Source of the DNA: Eledone cirrhosa
Taxonomy: Eukaryota
DNA length: 64,000 nt
Assembly: GCA_964016885.1 (NCBI GenBank)
Contig: OZ024745.1
Coordinates: 9,362,001 to 9,426,000 of the forward strand
Reading direction: 5' to 3'
Below, piece after piece: positions 31,328-44,104 of the stretch. Position 1 is the stretch's first letter; each line of letters begins with the position of its first letter. The translations under genes were made by a program, and so were the position numbers. The notes under the pieces were generated by a model, which made no database searches, was not told the origin of the DNA, and was given only the letters and a program-made list of their open reading frames with translations.

Positions 31328-31793
31328 ATGACTTTCATTCTTACTGAGTCTTCATGCATGGAAAGAAGCAGGTAACTTATAGCTTATTGTGGGGGCCTCC
31401 ATTTAAGAAATAATGGATCTAGCCAGTTAAATGGTAGGCCCTTAATGTGGTTGGTATTCAGTTTGAATTATTACAGATCAAATCAATGATTGTAGAATAA
31501 ATGTGAGTGGAATTCTATAAGGGAAGTAATGATTGGACAATGTGTTTAATGTGGAATTTGGGGATGATATATAGTTAACAAAAGGGGTATAAGTTTGTTG
31601 GGCAGGGGGTGGGGAAGGCAGTTGAGGCATAGAACTTGCTAGTTTGATTTAGAAGACTTGTGATCAAAATGAGATGTTGCATGGTAGCAAGGCAGGTATA
31701 TTAAATTAAGAGGATTTATTTCAAGGCTGTTAAGAAATTAGATGACCATGCAATGTTAAATGTCTAATATTACTATGTCTAATAAATGTGGTT

Positions 31794-31930
31794 CACACTG
31801 TAAACGTGGTTGGTGTTAGGAAGCGCATCCAGCCGTAAAAAACCTGCCAGACAGTCCTATACGAGCAAGACAACCAATCTTGCTTCATGTGGAAGATAGA
31901 TGTTAAACGATGATGATGATGATGATGATG
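31794..31930 (+). mobile_element. Short RTE-tail-type element; similar pieces at ~6730-6930, 8337-8560, 34620-34848, 35330-35640, 36317-36500 and 51170-51700
   Basis: cactgtaaa..tggttggtgttaggaagggcatccagc.gtagaaa motif and (GAT)n tails. Confidence 0.7.
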
Positions 31931-34617
31931 ATTACTGTACATGACAGATGGACGGTCATAAACACAAAAGCCTTCCCTAGTGAGGAATGTACATCCCAAC
32001 GTAGCTTAGTTGTCAGCGACCTCACAGTCAGAACTAGACGAACCTGGAAACAGAGGCCAACCTGGAGAAGAAAGATCTGGAAGCTGAAAGACCCCTCAAC
32101 CAGTAACAGATTTAAAGATATTTTACTCAACGCCTACGAGAGTAAAGAAGAACAGATTGAGACATTCAATGTAGAAGAGAACTGGGAGTTCCTAAAAAAT
32201 AACTTACTGGAGGCGACGGATGAGGTCTGTGGCTGGAGTAAGACCTCAAGCAGGAGGAGAGTGACTTGGTGGTGGAACAATAAGGTAGATGAGGCAATTA
32301 AGGCAAAGAGACGGGCATGGAAAGAATGGAAGAATGGGGGGGAGCAGGGTACATTACATAGAGACCAAGAGGGAAGCTAGGCGACAAGTATACTTAGCTA
32401 GGAGGGAAGCAGAGGATAGAAAATTCAAGCATGTTTTGCAACGTGAGGACCAGAAACAGGAGGTGTTCAAGATTGCGAGGCAGTGTGTCAGAGAGAGTTG
32501 TGATGTTATTGGAGAGAAGTGTATCCGGAATGATAAAGGTGAGCTTGCCCTCACAAGTGCTGAGAAGAAAGATGCATGGAAGAGTCATTATGATAGATTA
32601 CTAAATGAGGAGAATGCATGGGAAGAAGAGACCCTACCCCAAGTAGACCCTATAGAGGGGCCAGCAGTACAAGTCAGCAGCAACGTAGTAAGTAAGGCAA
32701 TCAAAGATATGAAGATGGGGAAGGCAACCAATCCATCGAGTATAGCTGCCGAGATGCTGAAGGCATCTGGGTCTGTAGGTCACACTATAACCACACGTAT
32801 TGTTAACCAGGTAATACTAGAAGGTGTCATACCAAAAGATTGGTGCAGTAGCATCATTGTCAACTGCTACAAAGGTAAAGGTGATGCACTAGATAGAGGA
32901 AACTATAGAGGTATAAAGCTGATGGACCAGGTCATGAAAGTAACAGAAAGAGTTATAGCACAGTTGATTAGGGACTGGGTGAAAATAGACGAGGTGCAAT
33001 TTGGGTTTGTACCAGGAAGAGGCACCACTGATGCCCTCTTCCTTGTCAGGCAGTTACAGGAAAAGTACCTAGCTAAAAGTAAGCCACTCTACCTGGCATT
33101 TGTCGACCTTGAGAAAGCCTTTGACAGAGTTCCACGTGCTGTAATCTGGTGGGCTCTTAGAAAGCTGGAGTAGATGAATGGCTTGTGAAAGCGGTACAAG
33201 CCATGTATAGGCGAGCAGTCAGCAAAGTTAGGATTAGCAATGAGTATAGCGAGGAATTTAGCGTACAGGTTGGGGTCCACCAGGGCTCTGTTCTTAGCCC
33301 CCTCCTGTTCATCATAGTCCTGCAGGCAATAACGGAGGAGTTTAAGACCGGATGCCCATGGGAACTCCTGTATGCTGATGACCTCGCACTTATAGCTGAA
33401 TCTATGATAGAACTAAAGAAATTCCAAACTTGGAAGCAGGGACTAGAAAGAAAGGGTCTCAAAGTCAACATGACAAAAACTAAAGTCCTTGTAAGTAGAC
33501 GAGAAAACAGAACCCAGATCCCCTCAGGGAAATGGCCTTGCTCAGTATGTAGGAAAGAACTCCATTCTCTGCCCCAAATGCAAACAATGGGTACACAAGA
33601 GATGTAGCGGGATCTCAGGAAGCTTAATTAAGAATGTAGGCTTCACATGCAGCAGCTGTGCTGGGACAGCAAGCAGCAAACAGCCACAGGAAACAAGTAC
33701 CACCAATCTCTGGGAGGGCTCTGTAGAAACAGTAGACAGCTTCTGCTACCTAGGTGACCGAATTAGCAGCGGAGGTGGGTGTTCAGAAAGTACAATAACT
33801 AGGGTAAGAATGGGATGGAAGAAGTTTAGGGAACTACTACCACTGCTAGCTGCAAAAGGCTTCTCTCTCAGAATGAAAGGCAGACTGTATGATGCGTGTA
33901 TCCGAACAGCGATGTTGCATGGTAGTGAGACCTGGGCGCTGAAGGTGGAAGACTTACGTAGATTAGAGAGAAACGAAGCCTGCATGCTCCGATGGATGTG
34001 TAATAGTAATATACGTGAACGACAAAGCATAAATGAATTGAGAGAGAGACTGAGCATAAGAGGAATCAAATGCTGTGTGCAGGAGAGGCGGTTGCGCTGG
34101 TATGGACATGTGATGCATATGAAGGATGACAGCTGCATAAAAAGGTGCAGAGCACTAGAAGTCGATGGAAACCGCGGAGTGGGGAGACCCAAGATGACCT
34201 GGGATGAGGTGATAAAAGCCGACCTTACCCAATTACACCTCTCAAAGGCAATGACACACGACCGTGACCTCTGGCGTCACGCAGTAATACAGAGTACCCG
34301 ACCGCCCATGGGTACAAGCTGAAGCATATAGACAATATGCCCCCCCCCCCCCCACCGCAAGGTGGTCGTGGAGGTGCCACAGCAAAAAAGTACCCAGCCC
34401 ACACTGTAAAGTGGACGTGTAGGCGCCACGAAAAAGCACCCAGCACTCACTGTAAATGAGGTTGGTGTTAGGAAGGGCATCCAGCTGTAGAAATCAAGCC
34501 AAATCAGTTCCTGTATGAGCAAGGCATGGTCAGCCGACCAGACACTGCCCACAACAGGACAACCCGTCTAACCCATGCTAGCGTGGAAGAACGGACGTAA
34601 AACGCTGATGATGATGA
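31931..34617 (+). mobile_element. RTE-clade LINE, 5'-truncated (end of APE, RT, PHD-like finger, 3' UTR, (GAT)n tail)
   Basis: TWWWN, NYRGIKL, QFGFVPGRGTTDA, AFVDLEKAFDRVP, GVHQGSVLSPLLF, LLYADDL, RRLRWYGHV. Frameshifts at ~32340 and ~33165, and a small deletion at ~33556. Confidence 0.97.
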
Positions 34618-36601
34618 GTCCACGCTGTAATGTGGCCGTGTAGGTAGCACGGTAAAAAGTTCCCTGTTCCACACTGTAAATGTGGTTGGTGTTAGGAAGG
34701 GCATCCAACCGTAGAAAACCTGCCAGATAGTCCTATATGAGCGAGACACGGTCACCCGACCAACCTTGCCTCAAGTGGGACAACTCCCGTCTAACCCATG
34801 CTAGCGTGGAAAGTGGACGTTAAACGAGGATGATGATGATGATGATGAAGGACAGAGCATAAATGAATTGAGAGAAAAACCCCAAATAAAATCTGACTCA
34901 GACTGTGATAACCTGTGCTTGCCAGCATGGAAAAGCAGATGTAAAATATAGAAGGTGTTGTTGTTTCTTGGAAGGAAAGGTGGTAGTTTTTTTGTTTGTT
35001 TTTTTATAGACATTTCTAAATGTTTCAGATAGGTGACATACTTTTTTAAAGACATTTTTCATGGGTCATTAAATTTTGTTGGCATTATCATCATCATTTT
35101 TAATAAATTAATAAATAACCAATTAAATATATCATGTTTTGTTGCAGACTGAGTTGTCAGGTCTTAAATATACTTTAAAGCCAAATATTCACAGATTTGA
35201 CTTAAATGACACACTAAAGTGTCGAGGCACAGTTTCAGATGAAAGATGCAGCAGTAATATTATGATTCTGTGACTTTTGTGTTATTTGTGACATGATTAT
35301 AAATAGTTACATGTTTGTAGTTCATTAAAGACATGACAACCTCTCGTGTCGTTGATTTACACGATAAATGCACCCAGTACACTGTAAAGTGGTTGGTGAT
35401 AGGAAGGGCATCTAGTCATAGAAAACCTGCCAAATAAAGGGTTGGGAGGACCCTTCAGTTGTGTCAGAGATGTGACAACCTCCCTAGTGTTGGTAATCTA
35501 CATGATAAATGCACTCTGTACACTCTGTAAAATGGTTGGTGATAGGATGGACATCCAGCAACAGCAAACTTGCCAAAGGGTGAAAAGGACTCTTCAACTG
35601 TATCAAAGGCATGGCAATTTCCCTGTACTGATATCATGATAAAATGCACTTAATAGGGTGTGGGAATATATCTGTGGTTTAGGATCCTGAACCATCTGAG
35701 AGGTCTGTAGCTCTGCTTGAGTACCAACTTAGTCTGTGAAGACCTATCCGACTCTTGCTTGGAGGCAAAACATATGTTAAATGATGATGATGATATCTTG
35801 GTATGTTCTATAACCAGCATTGTTGTTGTTGATGTCACAAATGACTATTTGAGGAATAAAATGTATTCGGCTATCATCATCAGCTATATTTGTTGTGATA
35901 CCTGTAGTTGTATTTTATTGATATCTGGTTATCTTGCAAACTTTTCAGATGCCCTAGTAATATAGAATTAGATTGATTTGATTTTAATCCTTTTTATTAT
36001 ATTTGGCATATTATAGTTGTCCTGACAACCATCTTTAGCTCTTAACTATTTTATTGACTTCACAGTTTCAAGAGCATCTGTTTTGTTACCTAGTAACATA
36101 AATATTGTTTACAAATAAATTCCTAATCATTTCTTATTAATTTCAAATTTAGTTTGTTTCTTTGACATTCATATGACCTCCCAAAAGCAGATGTTTAATC
36201 TGTCTGGAGTGGAGATAAATAATATTTATTCATATTATTTTCAGTATGTTGTATTTTACTTACTTTCTGTTTGTCCATTTTTCTTGAAATGTCAAAAATA
36301 TCGTCATTAAATTATATCATCATCATCATCATCATTTACCGTCCATTTTCCATGCTAGCATGGGTTAGACGGTTTTGTTCCATTTGATGCAGGAATGGTC
36401 GGGAGACCATGACTCGCTCGCACGGAAGCGTCTCTGGCAGGCTTTTTTTACAGTTGGATTCCCTTCCTAACACCCACCACATTTATAGTGGGTTAAGAGG
36501 TGCCCACTGACTGTAGGTTTGTATGCAATGGCAGTTGGGTCTACTGTACAATTGCATGGCGCCAAAGGTCTCAATTTAGTGTCATTGTCTTATATACAAT
36601 A

Positions 36602-37036
36602 TAATTGTTTCTACTTTAGGCACAAGGCCAGTGCATTACTGGTACTTTATTTTATCGACCCCGTAAGGATGAAAGGCAAAGTTAACCTTGGCGGTATTTG
36701 AACTCAGAATGGCAAGGGACGTAACTCTATGCATCAAAGCATGACGTCCGGCCCTCTACCGATACTGCCAATCCACCGCCCTCAATACAATATAATATAA
36801 TATAATACAATATAATATAATATATATATACAATATAATATTATATATATATATAATTGTTTCTACTTTTGGCACAAAGCCTTCAATTATCCCAGTGTAT
36901 TACTGGTACTTTATTTTATCGACCCTGTAAGGATGAAAGGCAAAGTAAACCTCGGCGGGATTTGAACTCACATCATAAAGGGCCGTAACTCTTTGCTGCA
37001 AAGGATGGCGTCCGACCCTCTACCGATTCTGCCAAT
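36602..37036 (-). mobile_element. Two tandem Meta-like SINE copies (36602-36780 and 36854-37036)
   Basis: Both are reverse complements of 2592-2773, separated by a TA-rich spacer. Confidence 0.85.
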
Positions 37037-37121
37037 ATAATATAATATATATATATATATATGGAAGAACGGACGTAAAACGACGATGATGATGATGATG
37101 ATGATGATATAATATAATATA

Positions 37122-38020
37122 CTAGCAGTGGTACCTGGCATTGCACGGGATAAGGTATTTTGGAACGCGGGCCGCCAACAGACCTAATCGTGGAAAAACT
37201 GCATGCCTCGACAATATGTAAATAAAATATACCGAATACTCTGCTGGCTGGATAATCTTTAAGATTTTCCTCGATGAAGCAGGAAAAATGCAGGTTTTCA
37301 CCTAATGCAGGCCCTAGGCCATCAAGAAAATGATTTTTTTTTATGTGCATAATATGCCTTGATATTTGGGGAAAATCGGCTAGACGTAACGCCTAAAAAA
37401 AGCCCTAAAAAGCTGAAAAAATGAAGTTTTTCACCTAATGCGGCCATAAAATAAGTTGGATTTTCTTTGCTCACAGTATGAAGAAAAAACTGACTAATAC
37501 ATAGTTACAATTTCAAGGAAATCGGTCTGATGTAACGCCCCCCCCCCAAAAAAAAACCCCCCAAAAAACAGTTTTTCACCTAATGCCGGCCCCAGGAGAT
37601 CAAAAAGTTGAATTTTATGTGCATAACACTCCCTGAAACATAAGTAATACACATGTAAAGTTTGAAAAAAGTTGGTTGGGTACTTCTCGAGTTTGAGGGA
37701 TTCAAACACACACACACACACACATCCTCAGGGAAGTGACGTAATGCAGACAGTCAGACATACAGACAGATATTATAAGGGTGCGACGTTATCTGTATAT
37801 ATCTATCTAAAAAGAGAAAGACTAAGAATTATAGAGAGAGATCGCTAAATCGCCTAATGCGGTCCCTACGGCATTGAAAATTTGAATTTTTTTTGTCAGA
37901 ACACTCCCTGAAACATAAGTATTACATGTGTAAAGTTTGAAAACAGTCGGTTGAGTGCTTCTCGAGTTTTAGGGATTCAAACTCACACATACACACAGAC
38001 ATCCTCAGTTTTATATATAT
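37122..38020 (-). mobile_element. Non-autonomous Helitron (composite, duplicated 5' block)
   Basis: Minus-strand 3' end ...cccgtgcaatgccaggtaccactgCTAG|t with hairpin. 5' end atatataaaactgaggatg. 37122-37730 is an inverted copy of 45060-45621. Confidence 0.85.
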
Positions 38021-38021
38021 A

Positions 38022-41000
38022 CTAGCTGAATGACCCGGCGTTTCCTGGGTTACTGCTGTTTTTAATCAGATTAGGAAACAATAAATATGAAGAATTTTTT
38101 TTTCTCATATTCACTTTACATAAAATATGTAAAAGTTGTAATGATAATAGAATTTAGAAATGAAAATCTCTTCAACCCGGTTTTACCATCTTCTTTTCTC
38201 AACCAAGAAACCAACAAAAATCACAAAAAGGGAACACAAAAAAATATATATATATTAAGAATAGCAAACAGAAATCGTAATAAATTTTCTGTCGAAAACA
38301 AAAAACAGCCAAAAAACAGTTTTTTTTAAAAAGGGATGATAAAGTACTGTAAAGTTGTTGGAAGAGCCTGATAGAATGAGATGAGCAACAGCCAGAAGCA
38401 CAGCAGCAGCAGCAGTATTTCGAACTGTCCACCATTTAGGGTCGTAATCTTCAGTTTCAATATCAGATTTATGAGAGAGGTATATCGTGAATTATTGAGT
38501 TTTATCGATTTTTTTTTGCGTAATCGGGGATCAATTTTAAATATATAAATTCTGCATGACCTAATTGAAGCTATTTCGAATATTGATAAGTAATTTTACA
38601 TTGAAGGAGGTGTTTTTTTTTTAATCGTATAGAAAAGGAACATGCACACACACTCGCTTTTATAGATAATGATATATATATATCTGTATGTGAGTGTCTG
38701 TTTGTGTTTGTATATATATAAACTCTTTTTGTGTTAAATCATCTGTGGTAATGCACGTTACAGGACCTCTTTGTAGACTATGTTGCGGGTCATACCGTTG
38801 GGTGTGTATGAAAAAAGGGAGTCCTTACTCCCAACTCGCGAGCAGGCAACATAAAGTTGGCCATGAGCAAAGCAGGGCTCTTTTAGATGAATGCCCGCCT
38901 CGGACAAAGTTTGACCCTGAGATTTGTTTATGGTGATCGCGAAGCATGGCCTTACAGGAAATTGATGTCGCCTAAAACCCATTGGGATGTCCGTGGTCGA
39001 AGGTTGGATGCTTAGCCTTGGGATCATGACGGTCTCACCTTTTCCACAACCAGTTAAAATGGTTGCTTCAATGAGATGGTTCGTCATTGATTTGACTACC
39101 ATTCGAGTGCCGTTGCACTGTTTTGGGGGGCGCATGTTACGCATAAGCATAATCGGACTGCCGACCTTGAGCTTCAGGACGTAGGGTGGGAGACCTGGGG
39201 GGTCAAGGTTATTCAAAAACTCTACTGGGTAATCCGTCGCCTCCTGTGGATCGGTGACGCGGTCTATAGACTTAAAAATTTTCTCTTGGGCTGGAATCTT
39301 GCCGAGTAGCTCTTCGTTGAGAGCATTAACAGCAGAGTTTTGGGGGGCTAGGATGGCTCTTGAACTAAGCCAATCTAAGTTAGTGTAGTTAACCTGTAGG
39401 TTTGGAAAAACAGCTTCTAAAAGGGCCTGAGGACTGTCAACTGTATTACTGACAGATGCCAGCGACACCTCACCCTTTTCCTTGGAAGGAAGTCGGCCTT
39501 CCCCTATAGCTAGGATGGCCTGGCCGAATTCAGCAGACGTGCTGTCCCCAAGCAACTGCGCCCGCATGTTAACGCTCAGGCGGTGTGTCCGAATGATAGG
39601 CCAAAGCGTCGACGACTTCAGGCATGCGCAGACTTCATCAGCCCTTGTCCCTTTGGGGATAACAGGCAGCGTTTGCCTGAAGTCACCCGAAAGCAGTAAA
39701 GTCACGCCACCCAAGGGTGCCGAGGAGTTCCTGATATCTTTTAAACTCCTATCTAATGCCTCCAGCGCACCCTTATGTGCCATGGTGCATTCGTCCCACA
39801 CAATGAGGCAACATTTTGCGTGAAGTGCCGCTTTGTCGGAGTGCTTGCTAATGGTGCACGTCGGCGTATCAGTTCGTGCGAGGTCCAACGGAAGCTTAAA
39901 GGCAGCATGAGCCGTCTTCCCTCCAGGCAGCAAGGTAGCGGCAATCCCCCGATGAGGCAACCGCAAGGGCAATCTTTTTTTGTTGTCGAAGACGCGCCAA
40001 AATGAGGGAGGTAACGAAGGTTTTGCCTGTACCGCCAGAGGCATCAAGAAAGAAGACACAACCTAATCCACCCAGTGCACTGTCAACGACAGTCTCATAA
40101 GCAACCCTTTGCTCGGGAAGAAGCTTACATTCATTTTCATCTAGGAAAGTTGTCAACATGGCGACATCGTAAGATGTCTCCAACAGAATATCTGGACCCA
40201 GCACACTAACATTTTCCCTGCTGGCGGCTGGCAAGCCGTATGTTGGCAAGTCATTCCCCCCTAGTTGAAGGAGCTCTTCTTGGATGGAAATTAGCCGTCG
40301 GTTGTAAATGATTTCGGTGAACCCCACTTCTAAAGACGGATTTTGCCGTTTGGTTGTGCGGAGGAAGTCCTCGCACAAATCGTCCCTGTACTTCAGCCAA
40401 AGGGCTGAAGGGTTAGCTAAGCCACAATTGTGCAGCAAAAAGGCAAACAGTTCCCTTAATTTCTGTGGGGATTTCAGCAGAGCACCATCGGCGAGGGTTG
40501 AGTCCCATTGGGAGTCATCTTCCAAGAGACCAAGCCTAAAGCAGGCTTCTCGAAAAGTGTTGCAAAGTTCCCCGTTTACTGTTTTTAAGTCAAAGAAACC
40601 TTGCGGCCCCTTGACCTCGTGTAGAAGAATGCGCAGGTGAAAGCACTCAGGTTGGGTTGGGGGAACCGTGTAGACTCTACCGAGGCAGTCAGAAAATTTA
40701 ACTCCCGGATGCGATTCAACTGCCTTACCAGTTTTTCGCCGTACCCAGCTATTGCGGCGCCAAGTGAAGAAGGACGGCATCTGAGGGTAAATTAGAGTTC
40801 TCGCAAAAGCGTCTACGTGACAGAGCTTAAAGAAAGCGGTTAACGTGGTTTCTTTGGGGTTAGCCGCAACTTGAGCAGCATTTGCGGCCGTAAAGTAAAC
40901 CTGTTGTCCGTTCTCTAAGTGGACCGCCAGGTTTGTGATTTTGGGGTACCTTTCATGGATAGAGAAACCAAAAATTTGCCAAAACGCTTCGTTTGTACTT

Positions 41001-44000
41001 ATGTACCGGGCCGAAGATGTTGGCTTTTGCACAACATGCCTTAATTTTCTGTATGTTCCTCTCGAAAGCCCTTGCTATGAGGTCAAGGCGGTGGTGGTAT
41101 GACTGCCCTGGAAGGAGTTCTCGGGTGATCTCATCCGCCCTCGGGTTGCACGTGAAGGTGATGAAGAGTTCAGGACGGCCGTAGGCCCGCACGTAGGTCA
41201 TGCCGTCCTGAGTCCTCTCGTGCATGTACCGAGGTCCTCCAGTGAAGGTAGAAGGCAGGATGCAGACCTTGCCAATGTTTCGGGGATCCCCGTCGTTGGT
41301 CAAGCTGTCTCGCAGGTGTATGTAGCTTTTGCTACGCAGTTGCTGCTGGTGGGGTCGAATGAAGGCCAGTCGTTCTGACTCCATCTTTGCTGCCATATCC
41401 ACCGCAAATTGGTTCAGTAGGTCCTGCGATCTGTGCAAACTGTTGAAACAGTTTCTCCGAGGCATGAGTCGGTATGCGTAAAATTCCTTGCAGGACACGG
41501 TTTTGGCGGCAGCAACGGAGGGCTGGTTTGATTGGCAGTGTGGAGTCTTGAAGTGGTAGCCGTCCTCACCGCGGGGGAAAAGTAGAGGGTATTGGAGGCT
41601 GTCGTAGGATCGGTGTGTTTCGCGTATTCTGTGGAGGCCAGTTGCACGGTTGGATATGACGATATCCCGGGGGTTGTGCTGGTCTCCGTGAAGGACAACT
41701 GCCACCTCGTTGCATGCGAGCGCGTTGAATCGACGGGCGTGTTCTCCGGATGGTCTTTTGTCGGCATCGATGACAATGTTGAAGTTAGGCAGGTCAGTAG
41801 TCTCCAAGGCGTACTTGAAGCTCTGCACGTAGCTGTTTTCAGAGTGTAGCATTTGCTGCAGCGCAAGGAGGACGTCTCTGTCCAGGTTCTCTCTAGTGCC
41901 ATCAGCTGGGATGACAGATGAGCGCATGTCAGCCTGCTTGTAGTCAGCTATGAAGTAAATTTGCAGGAAGGCGGGTTGCGCTGACGGCGCAGACTGTAGA
42001 GGACCGACATAGTGGTAAACCTGGCCCTGAACCTTAAAGGTTGGCATCCACCCGCTTTCTCGGACAATTTTGGCCCCGAACGAAGTCATCTGGAAGGCGC
42101 AGTTGTATTTCCTTATGTTGCCAAGGAAGTCTGTTGACGTAGAGGTCTCTCCGCTAAGAAGTTCTCGTAAAGGTTCTGGAGGGGCCGCCAAAGGAGGAAG
42201 TGAAACCTTCCCATTAGAGCAGCACAGGCCAGGTGGTTATCCGGGCCACTTCTCTGCACCACAGAATTGGGATATGACATCCATCCTGCCTAGTTGAATG
42301 TCCGTACGGTCGGAGTATTTTACTGTTGGATCGTAGTTGAAAGCCTTCATAAGCCAAAATGACTCATGTGGACTCGTTGTTCTTCTGGCGGTGTCTCTTC
42401 GTGCGTTGTTTGTGTCCAACTGAGCACGGCGGGCTGTTTAATGTTCTGCAGCACGGGAGGCGGCAGTGGATACAGCGTTCTGGGACCTTCGGATGGCTGT
42501 CTGTATCTCGGTCTGGGATGCTCTGGCAGCTGCCTTGGAGGCGGAGTCCTTGGACCTTCGGATGGCTGTCTCCTGGTCGGTTTCTGCGGCACTAGAGGCG
42601 GCGTTTGAAGCAGCGTTCTTTGACCGTCTGGTGGCTGTTTCGGAGGCCCTTGCAGCAGCAGTAGTTGCAGCATTCCTAGCCCTACGAAGAGCTCTTTGGC
42701 TGTCACTCTCTGCTGCCCTAGAGGCGGCTGTTGCAACTGCATTCCGACAATTACGAATGGCACGATTCGAAGCGGTAACCGTAGATAGAGAGGCGCTGGG
42801 TTGGGCTGTGTTAGGGGTACTTAAGTTTGAAAGCGAAGTAACAGGGGTTTGTGGCCAAAAATGCAGTCCAGCATCCGTAGACTGCTTATTCAATCGCCTC
42901 TTTTTTGAAACAACAGACGATGTTTTCCTACGGCTAAGGGTACTCTTTCTTTTCAGTGGAATGGTTGCAATAGTACAGTAAACAGTAAAGGGGAAGCAGG
43001 TTTAGAGCAAAGGCAAAAAAGCGAAGGTGATGAGCAGTATTTTGGGGAAGGTAAAAAAAAGTGACAAATTGTTACAATTTTAAGCAAGAAAAAAGTAAAC
43101 AAAAAACGTACTGGGAATGGCAAAGTCCGAAAGCGAGGTCACAAAATGTAATGCAGTGAGAGTGAAGCACACGTCTACACAGTAACCTAACCAAGTAGTA
43201 AGTGTAGCGTTTGAAAACCAAAGCTTTGCAGGCCACTCAAATCAACGATAAGAGTCTGCAGAATTTTTTGATAGCAGTCTTGCCAAAACAGAATAAAAGC
43301 TGCCACCTCCAGCCGTCCAGGAAATTTTTTTTTTGATTCAAGGCGAAAATTTGTCCACTTCTCGACCGAAAGAAAGCAAAAACTGACTCAACTGGTGCCA
43401 GGTGGTCAGAACTGGCAGGAACTGGTTTGTGTCACGTGAAGCTGTAACTATAGCAACAGTAGTTCCCTCGGTCTCAAAGACCAAAGTAAGTGGAGACACG
43501 AAGGTAATGTTACTGTAACACCAACAACGTCTCTCTCTATATTCCTCGCTCAATAAAGAAGGGGGAAGGTAATGTTACTATAGCAACAGTGGTTCGCTCA
43601 CTGACCAAAGGGGAATGTAATATTTCTGTGACACCCAAAACTTCTCTCTCTATCTTCCTCTCTCTCTCTCTAAAGAAGGGGGAAGGGGAAGGTAATGTTA
43701 CTATAAGACCTGTTATTCCTGTCTCTCTATATACGAAGTGGAGATTCGACCTCAAGCTTCACTCTCGACTGAATTTCGAAATGATTCGAGCACGTCAACA
43801 AAATTTAGACTCTTTTCTACCCATATTAGCAAAAAACCGGGTAAAAAAACTCAAAAGGAAAAATTTTTCACGCGTGCATAAAATGCAACCTCATCTCCCG
43901 ATTTCACCCAAAATAGACAAAAAGGTAGATTGCGGGCCCCTGGGGGGACCTATCAAAAAACAAAGTAGCCTAAACAATGTAAAGGGTCATGAGGAGTGAT

Positions 44001-44104
44001 GTATGCAAATTTGAGCGAGATCGGGCGAGCGGTGTAGACGCCAACCTCGAATAATGTAGCATCCACACATACACAGACAAACACACATCCTCTGTTTTAT
44101 ATAT
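38022..44104 (-). mobile_element. Helitron with decayed Rep/PIF1-helicase gene
   Basis: 3' hairpin acccagg-aaacg-ccgggt followed by CTAG|T at 38025-38022. 5' end atataaaacagaggatgtgtgtttgtctgt. Internal RepHel ORFs. Confidence 0.95.
38758..42962 (-). pseudogene. Helitron RepHel transposase pseudogene
   Basis: N-terminal 23-aa repeats, CGAEKW...CCSNG, NIRKYNCAFQMTSFG, YDSLQYPLLF, ILPSTFTGGPRYM, FITFTCNP. Helicase motifs GGTGKTF, IVWDE, GDFRQTLPV, CNGTR, FAITINKSQGQT and HGQLYVACSRV. Stop at 42237-42239, frameshift at ~39950, internal deletion at ~41010. Confidence 0.95.

Noticed and set aside
38758-40059. Host PIF1 helicase gene
   Set aside because: Intronless, fused to Helitron Rep sequence, frameshifted and bounded by Helitron termini.
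38987-42981. Plus-strand ORFs over the Helitron, and antisense ORFs over the RTE copies
   Set aside because: Shadow ORFs opposite recognisable transposase/RT coding sequence, with no motifs of their own.
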